Of a stretch of 48,049 nucleotides of DNA, positions 32,769-44,737 are shown in pieces. Location of the stretch: assembly GCA_008369845.1 (NCBI GenBank), contig MRSU01010352.1, positions 1 through 48,049 of the forward strand. The letters run 5' to 3'. Within the stretch, counting starts at the first letter, position 1, and each line of letters begins with the position of its first letter. The notes under the pieces were generated by a model. It did not search any database. It was not told the DNA's origin and saw only the letters and a list, made by a program, of their open reading frames with translations. Origin of the DNA: Trichomonas gallinae (lineage: Eukaryota). The translations under genes and the position numbers were made by a program.

Positions 32769-35438
32769 TTTTTTTGTTTGAATATTATAATTTTTTATTT
32801 TTTGTTCTTCTCATAAATATATTTTGTTTTTTGTAAATTAGACATCCAAGGTGTGCAATCAACTCATTAATAGTAGCTGAATCTCATAGTTTGTTCATTC
32901 TGTTTATTTTTTGTTTGATTTTAATTTTAAAGGTATTGTAACTCAATAATACACAATCAATTTACCATAAACTTTTTGCAAAAGACTGCGTAGTGTTAAG
33001 AGGATCCGTGATTATTTTGTTAATGTATTAGTTTGTTCAACAGAATTAGATATATAATAGCCATAATGTGATGATATTAGTTAATAGATTGATGGTCGCT
33101 GAATCTCAAATAAAAAAATATTCAATATATAAAATTTGTGAATAATGTAGATATGAACCGTAAATTATATTGTCTAAGATCTAAATATTGTGTGTATTTA
33201 CTGCTAATGATTTGATTATGTAAAAAATAAAGCTGGTTGAAATCAATTTTTAAAGGATAATTTTTGAATACTTTTTTTTTTTCTAACGAAAATAACGGGC
33301 ATGAATTTACATTCAAAAAATAATCATTGTTTTAATGACTGAAAATAATTCCAAGCAAAACTGGTTTTTGATCAAAGGTCGTTGCAATCCGTACGTTATG
33401 AAATGTTTACTGAAAAGTTTTTGAGAGAATAAATTGAGCACAAATCAATAGATGCGAATTTTTGTTATATAATGATAGATAAACATCTAAATAATGATTT
33501 ATTATTTACTGGTTTGACGATAGCCAATTTTGAGACCTGAAATTAACGTGAATGATTTGTTTTCAAGCCTTAACCATTGATTTAAGAGGAAATGCTAAGA
33601 ACCCAACAATCTATTCAATGAATAGACGTTAATGAATTGATATTTGGTCAATTACTAACAATGAAGCTTCAATATAATGATGAACCTCATTTTATTAAAC
33701 TTCAGTTCTTGGCTTCAATATGTTGATAATTAATCATATTGATGATATTTAATGCCAAATATCATACTCCTTCATTCCAAAAATATCTCAAAAATTTCAA
33801 GAAAGCTAAGACAATTCATAGTCATTAGAATAATCCATACATAATATATACCGTTAATTATGTCAGGCAAATTAATTGTATCATTTTTCACCAGAATCTG
33901 CGGTTGATGAGCAAAAGCGCAAGATAAACGTTGGCATACAGCATATAGCATTGGATTAATTCACATATACCCGTAAGGAATGAGGAATAAAAGCAATCGA
34001 CCTGATCTCGATATTGATACAGAGAATTGAACAAGAACAGATAAAATCAAGATGGTTTATATAATAAGCAATTGAATCATCAATCCAGATTGACAATGTT
34101 GTTCGAAATCGAAAACGAACAAAAAGTGTTCATCCTACCTCTCAAAGTGAATGTATTTAACAATATTACGAGTCTGTGATTTTTGTTCAATTATCTTATT
34201 ACTCAATTGAATCAGTAAAAATTTGAAACCATTGAATAAAAAAAAATGATGAAAAATTGGAACAAATACGCATTAAAAAGACTAGATCACAGATCTATCA
34301 ATATTTTCATTTTTTGACAATTTTTTTCAAAATTATATAATTGAGAATTAATCTATTTAATAGTTATTATAAACAATGGACACTTATATATACATTATAA
34401 TGAAATCAGTAAGAAATTTAAAAATGAATAGAAAGAAATATCATTATCATTAGGACTAAATTAATAGAATTACATTGATTGTTGAAAGATAATTAGATTT
34501 AACAGTATTCTTAAAGTTAATTTTTTGAAAAAAAATACACAAAGAAACGGCAATAAATGATCATACAAGTAAGGTCTATATATATAAATAGAATGAAAAA
34601 TTAGAGAATCTGGTGGAGTTATTGTAAAAATAAAGCAATTTTGGGCTGTATTTGGGTTATTGGAGATGTTATTGAAAAATCAATATTATTATATGGTACA
34701 CATACGTACATTCAAATGAGAGGATCTGAATAAGATCATACAAAACAAAATTTAAAAGTGTGAAAAAATTTATTAACGAAAATATTTCAATGCTGATTAT
34801 CGGTTTGATTCAAATAATAACGAATTTTTCTCTACTATCGAGCACTGTTTATATAAAATCGTCAGCTGGTGGACAAGAAAAAAGTTGATAATCAAAATAA
34901 AAAAGTGGATATTTAAGCGCAATTTAAAGCCCATACATTCAAAATGAAGATAGATTATATCTATAGTATGAGAGTGATTTGTTTAGAAGTCCTTCAGAAA
35001 AGATTATGAAAAAGGTTTCAGTGTATCTGAGGCATTATGTCAAATTTCAAATAACTCTAGTATATTATCATTTTACAACAGCTAAGCAATCTGATAAACG
35101 GGATAAAAAAAATAAAAATAACAAAAAATATAGAAAAAATGAAGTCTATGGTATGATAGAATGACTATAACTATAATAAAATGAGTTGATAATATTTCAA
35201 ATGCGTTAGTTTGAAAGAGAGGTTATTGTAAATTATTCAATTATTTCAAAACTGGCTATAATTGAGGCAAAAAGGAGGTTTGATTTGTTATGAAAATTTC
35301 CTATACAAAGAAATAAAATGACTCACTACAGATTAAAATTATTATATTAATAATTTTTTTCGAAGCACGTTTTTTAATATTTTTTTCTGAACTTTGAAAA
35401 AATCAAATATAAATTATTTTACTTTTTTTTATTCCACA

Positions 35439-35963
35439 ATGTCGAAAAAAGGAGTACGTGGCGTTATCCCTAAGATAAAATTCACACCAGAGGAAGATGA
35501 TCAACTAACAGAGATTGTAGAGCGCATTGGTACCAATGATTGGGAACTTGTCAGTAGGGAGATGAAAAAGAGAACTGCAAGGCAATGTCGGGAAAGATGG
35601 ATCAATTATCTCTCACCAGAATTGAGAAATGATCCATGGACTGAAGAGGAAGATAAGTTGTTAGACGAACTTTATGCTGAAATGGGATCTCGATGGCATA
35701 AAATAGCCGAATATTTCCCGACAAGATCCGGAAATTGCGTTAGAAACCGATATAAACTACGTCAGAGAAGATCACAGAGAATGAAAAAACGTGCTCCTAA
35801 GCAAACACAGATCATTGAAGAAATTTCTGTTAAACCTCAGCCTATAATAGAAGCACAGGAAAAGATATCAGACTACATGACCTTCAAACCCGAAGAAGAA
35901 GTTTTTGATATATTTAGCATGGAAAAGTCCCCAGTCGATGATTGGCTAAGTGCATTCATATGA
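35439..35963 (+). CDS. R2R3 Myb-like DNA-binding protein
   Basis: KFTPEEDDQL...W...RTARQCRERWINYLSP, then WTEEEDKLL...GSRWHKIA...RSGNCVRNRY. Confidence 0.93.
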   Translation: MSKKGVRGVIPKIKFTPEEDDQLTEIVERIGTNDWELVSREMKKRTARQCRERWINYLSPELRNDPWTEEEDKLLDELYAEMGSRWHKIAEYFPTRSGNCVRNRYKLRQRRSQRMKKRAPKQTQIIEEISVKPQPIIEAQEKISDYMTFKPEEEVFDIFSMEKSPVDDWLSAFI

Positions 35964-37078
35964 ATTTCAAAATTCCATTTCCCTGGACTTTGTATGCTTT
36001 CTATGTCTATATATGACTATTTTTTGTACTATAAACTATTATATTTGACTATGTTTTCAATAATCATTGATTCCATAACATATTTTTTTTTTCTATAGTC
36101 ATGTGGTTAATTCAATTTGAAAATATTTTCATTATGTGCATAAATACAGCTATTGATCAGTTTTTGTTTTTCATCCATTCAAAAAAGTGTATTTTTCAAT
36201 TTCTTTTCTCAAATTTCGATCAATTTTTATTCATTGAAATATCACATAGTTGGTAGTTCTGTAGATACTAACGGATACAAAATTGAAAAGAAACTTCAAA
36301 ATCTCAGTTGAATATTCTTTCAAAATAATTGTTAGAGGTGGCCAGCTATAATACTATCTTTATTATTGTTTGTTAAGAGATATTTTAGAATTTTTAGAAT
36401 TTTGAAAATAAAATTACGGTTCTCATACAATTTTGAAAATCTTGGAATATCCATGCATACCATTTGGCTAGTGAATGTTACGATGACGTTTTTTATTTCT
36501 TTAACATGTCAACGCATTGCCATTCAAAAAATATAAAAAAAAATTTTTTTATTCGTAATTCAACCTCAACTAGTGTTGATTTAACGTTTAATTTTGGGTT
36601 AAATTATTGTATATGTCTGCAATGATTTAAAATAAGGCAAAATAATAACAGTACATTCACACCAATGAGAAATATTTGAGTGTTTTCGATTATCGTCGGA
36701 TCTATTCTCATAGATAAATAGAACATCGTTTATTTGCGTTGAATAAATTGGAGAATAGCAAAAATAGGTGAGATCAGATCATAAATAAGGCGTTTAGTGT
36801 ATTTTATGAATATTGGAATAACAGATGTAAAACAACATGTGGTTCCAATGACGAATTTCAGGGTAACTCACGTAGAAAGCCTATAACGATCGTATTCAAA
36901 GAATATGACATTTTGCTACCAAGGGTAAACTTGAAATTTCGAATGCAATAAAAGATGTATAATGGATGGTCTCTTGTAAAATAAGCTTACAAGCCCTATT
37001 TCTTGAAATTTTGTTGGAAAATTATTAGATATGATGAGTTTTCGGTATAATAGTGAAGTATAGATGTATCATTGTCAA

Positions 37079-37591
37079 TTAGGCTAAAATTCCTTTGGCA
37101 AGTAAGATAATTATGACAATAATTCCCCAAAAGATCAAAAATCCTAACCATGGGCAGGCCTGCCTCCAGAAGCTTATGTATCTTCCGTGGAGTGTTAAGC
37201 CATGGATGATTTTGGCAGTTGCACCTGAAGTCCAGCGTCCGCAGCACCCGCAGGGTACTGGATAATTGATTTTCTCGAGTGCATAAGCAGCAAATAAGTG
37301 GCAATTCGAGCAAATTAAGGAATAATTTCTATGATGAAATTCTTCTTCTGCTTGTTTGATTGCTTCATCCAAAGCTAATGGATCTGCATCGAGTTTCCAG
37401 CATTGTGATGGTTTGCCGAATAACATGTGACCTTTGCCGACTGTGCGCGGACCTTGAAAATCATAAACAACACCATGTGAATCAACGATGCCTACATGGC
37501 CAATTCCGGGGCAGATCCATGACAGCAAAGGGATTTGCGTCCAAACAACTGATGTACTGATATCTTTTTCGTATTGATTTTCGATTTCCAT
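37079..37591 (-). CDS. TMEM222 / RTE1-like (DUF778) protein
   Basis: VVWTQIPLLSWICPGIGHVGI...VYDFQGP...YSLICSNCHLFAAYAL; C-terminal TM segment. Confidence 0.88.
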   Translation of the reverse strand: MEIENQYEKDISTSVVWTQIPLLSWICPGIGHVGIVDSHGVVYDFQGPRTVGKGHMLFGKPSQCWKLDADPLALDEAIKQAEEEFHHRNYSLICSNCHLFAAYALEKINYPVPCGCCGRWTSGATAKIIHGLTLHGRYISFWRQACPWLGFLIFWGIIVIIILLAKGILA

Positions 37592-38211
37592 TTTTTAATT
37601 TGTCACATTTTTATATAAATGTGATTTTGATATTTTGCATATTTAGATTCTATACATAAAATAGATTCGGATTCTTGAATTAAATTTTTGACATCATATG
37701 TAAAAAATTATAAAATCAAGCAAACTTTGTACAAATTTCAGTTATTTTGATAAGTTTTAAACTTTTCCCGATTTTGCAATAATGAATTATTATCATCAGT
37801 ACATATGTGAGAGAGTAAATGTGCTAACGATTTTCGTTTAATTGTTAATTTCTAACATTTTTCCATCTGATTCAAGATAAAAACAGATTTTGTGGAATTA
37901 ATAATGGATATAAAACACATATTTATGATTTGTTCTATGTATTCTAAAAAATTATCTGAAATTCCTTTCATTTATTCATTGTTGAGGATTTAATACAATA
38001 AACGACTAGACACAAGCATAATATATACACGAACATTAAGGCTATTCTATGGAAGATTTATTTGAAATTTAAAAATAAATTATTATTGCTATGTTTATAT
38101 TGAAATATTATCATGAAGCGATTGTAATCGCTAACTCTTTTGTTGTGAAGCATATCTCTTAATTATTCAATATTATTATATAAATAACATGGTATGATAA
38201 CAAGTATGCAA

Positions 38212-38985
38212 TTAATACTTTGCAATAATGTATGTGAAGCAGCAAAAGATTATGATTCCTGCGATGTAAGCTGTATATAGAGCTTTTCTCTGATATATAT
38301 TTGGCCAGTTCATGGCTGCACCGAAGTCTGGGAACTCCATGTAATTGCAGAATAAATGTAAAATAATGCATGTGAGCAACCCATGAGTCTTGACCCAGCA
38401 AAATGTTGTCCAGAATCCGAATAATGAAGTAAAACCGACCTGGATTAATCTCTCTAGTAGTCGTCTTTGCCATGGTGTAGATGTTTCTTCAAAGAAATGA
38501 TGGAAGTGTGCAAATCCAAATATTAAAGGAGAGATGAAAATGATTTTCAGCTGTGATATTCCAGCATGTTCCCATATGTTTCCATTGCAGAATCTGTATA
38601 ATACCTCTTCGATAATTGGCACGGAAAAACGAAAATCGCTAAATAACTCACGCCAGAATCTACTCATGAATTCTTTCTTGTCCTTGGCAAGTTTATATCT
38701 ATTGTCAAATAAGAAATAATATTGGAACATTGGGCCAATGAATAATGCAACTGTAGTTGTAATGAACAAAGCAGAACAAATTGCATCTCCGAATACATAA
38801 ATCGGTCTAACGGCCCCAATATATACTAATAAAAGAATGTTGAGTGCTGTTGCGGTAGACATAACTGTTATTCTGTATGTAAACGTAGCGACGTTGGGAG
38901 CTATATACTTATGAACGTAAAAGAACGAAATAAATACAATAGTAGTTGCTAATGTCGTGAAAACAGCACCAAGCTTACTTATCAT
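38212..38985 (-). CDS. CAAX prenyl protease 2 (Rce1-like, CPBP/Abi family)
   Basis: PIIEEVLYR, SPLIFGFAHFHH, QVGFTSLFG and ILHLFCNYMEFP motifs; multi-TM. Confidence 0.88.
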   Translation of the reverse strand: MISKLGAVFTTLATTIVFISFFYVHKYIAPNVATFTYRITVMSTATALNILLLVYIGAVRPIYVFGDAICSALFITTTVALFIGPMFQYYFLFDNRYKLAKDKKEFMSRFWRELFSDFRFSVPIIEEVLYRFCNGNIWEHAGISQLKIIFISPLIFGFAHFHHFFEETSTPWQRRLLERLIQVGFTSLFGFWTTFCWVKTHGLLTCIILHLFCNYMEFPDFGAAMNWPNIYQRKALYTAYIAGIIIFCCFTYIIAKY

Positions 38986-39485
38986 TATTTGACGAATTAC
39001 AAAAAATTACATGACAAAAAGCATCACTTTATTTGACAAATATTATGTTTTACAAGTCAAAAAAAAAAAATGTTTAAAATGCAAATAAATCATCAAAGGA
39101 AAGGCACAGGCACTTGATCTTGATATTAAGCAAGGAATCTTTCGAAACTAAGGATACAGTATAAGTCCACGATGGTCATAGACTCGAAAATCTCATTTAT
39201 AGTTTACATGACAATTATTTCGAATTTATTTGGCAAATAACTATTTTACATGACATTTTTCATAATTTTTATTTAATTTGAGTCACTTTTATTCGAAATA
39301 AAAAATAAATCAACATTCATCCTATAATTTATAAACAATAATATTTTCTTAAAAAGATAAAAATTCCCATGAAAGACCCAAAATAAGTGAAAATTGACCT
39401 GGAATGTCACCACAACAAATCTATTGCGTTTGTTAAAATAAATCAAATCAAAATTGAGAAGTTCCATCGTTAAATTTTCTTGATA

Positions 39486-40766
39486 ATGTCTGGTGATATG
39501 GATATACAGGAGCCAGAGGCTTTATACACAATTACATCAGACTTAAACGTTCAGATAAAGTATGTCGGTATGACCTCGATGGTTATGAACATATTAAACA
39601 CAGTTTTAGGTGCCGGAATTTTTAGTATTGCAAACTCTTTAACGTTTTGCGGCATAATTCCATCGGTATTCATGATTACATTCTCTGCAATATTTACCTA
39701 TATATCGACAGTCCTTGTAATCAAAATGGCATCAATGACCGGTTCAGATTCAATTGGTTATCTCGCGCAAATAACAGTAGGAAAGATTGGATCAGGCCTA
39801 CTTTCCGTTTCTCTACTCTGTTTCTGCTATGCATGTTTAACAGCATATTTGATTATGAGTACAGAGATTATTCAAGGTTGGCTGAGCTTAATGGGCTTTA
39901 AGACAGACACTTTCGTTAAACGTACCGTTGTAGTCTGTCTTTACGCCTTACTCGTTCCAATCGCGTTGACTGTTCCAAAAGAAGTCAAATTCTTAAACTG
40001 GACATCATCATTCTGCTTCATAGCACTCGTTACATACGTCATCGTCATGATTGTTAGGTTTTTCGAGCAAGTTCCGCAAACAGGAATTAATCCAACGGTT
40101 GAAACATCTGTATTTGGAATTAAGCTCTTCAACGCATTAGGTATCTATTCCCTAGCTTTCGCGCTCGCAGGCGTTATTATTCCAATTATCAGGAATATGG
40201 AGCCAACACTCGTCAAAAGGTACCAAGCTGTTGGTATTTCATTCTTCCTGTCTTTCCTGATTACTCTTATACCAGGACTTCTCGGTTATTTGATGTTCGG
40301 AAGGTTCTCAAAACCATTCATTCTCTCGAACTTCCCAGACACTGATATTATTATCATCATTGTAAGAGTTGCTTGCCTTGTCGTTCTTACTGCTTCTTAT
40401 CCTGCTTTAGGTGTAACGATTCTTGCAGTTTACAGTAGATGGTTTTTCAAGACAGAGAACCACACAGCTTTACAATGGAAGCACAGAATTGCCGTATTAA
40501 TATGCCAGAACTCATTACCACTCCTTATCGCAATTTTCTTGCCGAATGTTAGACCAGCGATGGGAATTGGCGGTGCTTTCGGTGCAGGTGTGTCTAACCT
40601 GGTTCTTCCACCTATAATGTACGTGATTTTGTCTGGAAAGAAATGGTACCATTGGACAAATCTTCTTTTGATTTTGATGTTTATTGTCGGAACAGCAGCT
40701 GCTGCGATTGCTACATATGAGGCGGTTTTAGACTGCTTGCATGCTTTCGCTCATCATACAAAATAA
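39486..40766 (+). CDS. Amino acid transporter (AAAP / Aa_trans family)
   Basis: MNILNTVLGAGIFSI TM1 motif, about 11 hydrophobic segments, GYLMFG and ILSNFP. Confidence 0.9.
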   Translation: MSGDMDIQEPEALYTITSDLNVQIKYVGMTSMVMNILNTVLGAGIFSIANSLTFCGIIPSVFMITFSAIFTYISTVLVIKMASMTGSDSIGYLAQITVGKIGSGLLSVSLLCFCYACLTAYLIMSTEIIQGWLSLMGFKTDTFVKRTVVVCLYALLVPIALTVPKEVKFLNWTSSFCFIALVTYVIVMIVRFFEQVPQTGINPTVETSVFGIKLFNALGIYSLAFALAGVIIPIIRNMEPTLVKRYQAVGISFFLSFLITLIPGLLGYLMFGRFSKPFILSNFPDTDIIIIIVRVACLVVLTASYPALGVTILAVYSRWFFKTENHTALQWKHRIAVLICQNSLPLLIAIFLPNVRPAMGIGGAFGAGVSNLVLPPIMYVILSGKKWYHWTNLLLILMFIVGTAAAAIATYEAVLDCLHAFAHHTK

Positions 40767-40985
40767 AAAAAATACTATCATTCATGAAATATCGCTGTAT
40801 TCTGTTACATTACAGCGGAATCATTACGTAATAAAGCATTCTTTGAAATTTCTATCTTCTTAATTCGATATTTTTTCAAAAACATAAATACATGCTTTTG
40901 CATTGAACATTTTGCTCAGATATAATATAGTAAACTTGTCATAAGAATTAGAAAACGTTTTTGTAAGGTTACAATTTGCAAAAGT

Positions 40986-41465
40986 TTAAATGGTGTTAGA
41001 GAGTGAATTTGGAACGTAGTAAAAGATATCAGGATTTGTCATGTTCACATTGTAAATGTCATCGTCTGAATTAATGATTGAAATATCTATATTCGAAAAA
41101 TCTGAATGAGGTTCGCCTGCTTTTCTTGTTAATATAAGTTCATCTGACTTAAGTTTGATGTCAACAGCATCTTGTAAACTAATTGATTGCTTTGTTTCGA
41201 GATATTTTTGTGATAAGAGCAGTTCTTTTGCAATTACACGAATAGTATTGTTCATTTTATGCTCTTTGAGATAGTTAATTACCATGCTCATTGAGTATTT
41301 CCATTCATCTTTTTCCGGAATAGAAACAAAATTTTGAATCATGGATATCTGATCGTTTTTCGAGTCATATATCTCATTACACATATACATAATATAGTGG
41401 AATGCCATATAATAGCAAATTTCATCGCTCATTTTCTCTGAAACGCTTTGTGAAATTTCACTCAT
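40986..41465 (-). CDS. Hypothetical protein with a LisH-like motif
   Basis: MVINYLKEHKMNNTIRVIAKE resembles LisH. Inr-like TCATA/TCATT upstream on the minus strand. Confidence 0.6.
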   Translation of the reverse strand: MSEISQSVSEKMSDEICYYMAFHYIMYMCNEIYDSKNDQISMIQNFVSIPEKDEWKYSMSMVINYLKEHKMNNTIRVIAKELLLSQKYLETKQSISLQDAVDIKLKSDELILTRKAGEPHSDFSNIDISIINSDDDIYNVNMTNPDIFYYVPNSLSNTI

Positions 41466-41863
41466 CAATTATGAAAGCTAACACATATAAAATGAATACA
41501 AATCAACATCAAACATAATCTAACATGCTAAATCATGCACAAAACATTTGATTACAGAAAAACATAATTGATATTCTAGTCTTATGTTTTTATCATATTA
41601 ATATATTATACTAAATTCACCCACTGCGATATAGGGCCTATTACAATCTAATGTGAAAAATATTTTTAGTTATTTTATTTTTTACCGACAATAATATATT
41701 TTTCAACGACAAAAATGTTTATATTTATATAAATAACAATATGTAGCAATGCGAAATCATCTATTTTAATTAGAAAGTCTAAAATGAAAATAATATTAAT
41801 AATAAAAAATTGACACTTTTCAACCGAATTTTTTTTCACGGAACTAAATTTTTTTCACTGACA

Positions 41864-43087
41864 ATGATAGAAAAATTATTGATATTTTTTAAAAAAAAGC
41901 AGCTAAGAGAACGGACAAGAGGCCTGTTGTTAGGCTGGCAGGTGGCTGGGTTAGGGATCATTTAATTGGGAAAGAAAATGATGATTTTGATGTTTGCGTT
42001 CATGGAGTCACTGCTGATGATTTTGCGACCTCAGTATGCGAGATATGCGAAAATGGTGGCGTGGCGAAGCTAGAGGGGCACCCCACAGATACTACTACAG
42101 TGAGTATTTCTAGAGTTAACTTATCTAACGGGCACTGGATCGATATTACATCAATCGATGATTTATTTGAGCGATGCAAAAAATCGAGATTTCACTCTGA
42201 ATGCCTTATATTACAACATAATAGACTAAATCATTGAAGATCCAACAGATGGATGCTCGTCATTAAAAGATCATGAAATTCGAATATCAGTAGATCCAGT
42301 TATAGCTTTCAACTGTGAGCCAAGACGAATATTAAGGATGCTAAGATTTGTTTCCATTCTCGGATTCACTATTTCTCAAAATATTTTAGATGCTTTTGTG
42401 AATAATCTCGATGAAAAGAATTTTAGAAGCAAAGCAAGCAGTGCACGGATCGGCAATGAAATTTCTAAGGTGCTCAAAGGTCAGTATTTCAATCAAGCAT
42501 TCGCTTTGATACTCAAACCAAAAGCAAATCTATTTTCATTGATATTTGATGCAGATGGTATATACAAATTGAATCCTCTCGATGCATTTCAAAGAATTAT
42601 GAACATTACAACACCTAATGATTCATTATTTTTCGGTGCAATTTATTTTCCACTGATTGAGACAAGAAACCAATTTAGTGGTGTGTGCAGAAAGTATCAA
42701 ATGCCAATGGATATTGCAAATAGAGCCAGAAAACTAACTAGAGCTCATTTTATTTTCGATAAATAAGAAATTCCTCTTTCTTTTGATAGATATTCATCTG
42801 CCAAGATACTAATGGAATTAGGCGAAAACTGGAAACTTTCATTTCAACTACATCAAACAGAAACAGGAAAACAGCTGTTTTCAGATTTTTCAAAATTTGT
42901 CGAACGCGAACACATGGAAAATTCATGGGATATAAAGCCTATATTCAATCAAAGAGAACTTTCAACTATTCTTTCAGTTTCATTATCAAAAGAAATATCC
43001 AAACATATGGAAAACTTCATTAGACGGCAAATAGAGAATCCACTGAAATCCAAAGACGATTTTATATCAGAACACCAAAAGAAATAA
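41864..43087 (+). pseudogene. Class II tRNA nucleotidyltransferase (CCA-adding enzyme-like) pseudogene
   Basis: Reconstructed across frames: VRLAGGWVRDHLIGKENDDFDV (motif A), WIDIT, DAKNRDFTLNALYYN (motif B), EDPTDG, FNCEPRRILRMLRF, SSARIGNE. Frameshifts at about 41890-41899 and 42166; in-frame TAA at 42227 and 42764. Inr TCACT at 41855. Confidence 0.85.
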
Positions 43088-43378
43088 GCCAAACTCGAAA
43101 AACTATTTGAATCCAAAATTATATCAAAAATTAACAAATGTTAATGCGTGCATTATTATATACTCATAAAGTATAGACTAGTTATAGTAGACAAATTGTT
43201 GATTGATGAATATTTTATATTTGAATTTTTAATTCTTTACGCCAATGAATGTTTTTAGCTGACTAAAATAGAATTGGCGGCTTTTCTTGTTGTGCCATCA
43301 ACCATTTTTAAGAAAAATTTTCTCCCATCAACTTTTTTTCTTTTTTGATGGGAAATTTTGTCACTTCATTTCTCGATA

Positions 43379-43720
43379 ATGATTGATCAGTTTGCTAAGC
43401 CACCAACATTCGTTACAAGAGGAGGCACAACTAATTCCAATGGACAGCCACAGAGGAAACATGTTGATAGTGCTGCCAAGAAATTCGCAATGATTGAAAA
43501 TGATAGCGAGCATTTTGGTGACAATCGTCAAAAAGTTGGTATGGATTTCGCCAACAAGATGAGGACACTTCGTAACAACAAAGAATGGACTCAGAAAGAT
43601 CTTGCAATTCGCTGTGGCGTTAAAGTCGATGTTATTAAGGATTACGAGAGTGGCAATGCAGAGCCAAATTCAAAGCTCATCAAGAAATTTGAACAGGTTT
43701 TAGAAGGCTCTTTACGCTAA
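43379..43720 (+). CDS. MBF1: Multiprotein bridging factor 1 (HTH Cro/C1-type)
   Basis: KFAMIENDSE...R..KEWTQKDLA...VIKDYESGNAEPN...KFEQVL pattern typical of MBF1/EDF1. Confidence 0.82.
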   Translation: MIDQFAKPPTFVTRGGTTNSNGQPQRKHVDSAAKKFAMIENDSEHFGDNRQKVGMDFANKMRTLRNNKEWTQKDLAIRCGVKVDVIKDYESGNAEPNSKLIKKFEQVLEGSLR

Positions 43721-44737
43721 GAATAATTTTTTTAGTTCACTGATTAGTTTGTTCAATTGATAACTTAATATGCGTATTACACATGGAAATATATCTTATG
43801 TGTGATTTATCGGCAAATAAGATATAATATTGACAAATCAATCAGGTGATTAGTATATTATATATTTGAACTATCTATTGCTTGTTCACGGTAAATCTTG
43901 AATTAATTAATCAACTTATTTTTTTTTTTTAAAAAAAAGGTAATGAAGCTTCGACGCTACCGATAAATTATATTATCTATGGCATTTAAATTTTGAGTTT
44001 TAAAAAACTTTGATTTTGATTTGAAATTAATTCGTGTTTAAAGTGTAATAAACTAACCAAGACTTGTCTCCAATCATGTTTCACCTATAGTCATTTGCAT
44101 GTAGTAGATTCTTATGAAAATAAGCACAAGTATGGATTACTTTGTCCGTATCACATTAGTCCGAATAAATAAGGCTAAGAGTTTCATCACCTTTAATTTT
44201 CATTTATTTCGATATTTTTGGATGCTAAGTGTGGTTTTGTATTCTCTATTGTCAGTATGTATTTGGGTTAAATTGTTGTTGTGGTTTAATACGAAATGAT
44301 TCGAAGATATCAGTCAATATTTAAATTCTCTGGAGCGTTAGAGTTCCTAAAGCTAGAATATGGGGGAATCAATGAGCGAGTTTAATCTATTGTTTTTTTC
44401 AAGAGCTTTTATTGTCAAAACTTAGAAGTTTTGGTGTATTATTTTAGTATATATTATGCGAAACCCAATTCCAAGTGAAAACAGTGTCATTTATTTTGAC
44501 TAATGAGGTTCTATAAAAATATTTTTCCATTGAAATTTTAAAGAATCCTGTTATATGAATAATAATATGATAACATTTCTTTTTTACAAAATTTCGCATT
44601 CAATATTTTTCTCTCAAAAGTTAATAACGTACTCTTTTATGTTTATCTCAAATTATTGCATTAAATTTATCTAACGCAATTATTATATTTTTTAAATTGA
44701 ATGTATTTTTTTTTTTTTCAAGAAAAATTTCATAAAA

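Noticed and set aside
42227..42766. In-frame TAA codons suggesting TAA=Gln reassignment
   Set aside because: Many intact genes in the window (e.g. IFT140, the NDR kinase, MBF1) terminate at TAA, and the same gene also has frameshifts, so it is a pseudogene rather than a code variant.
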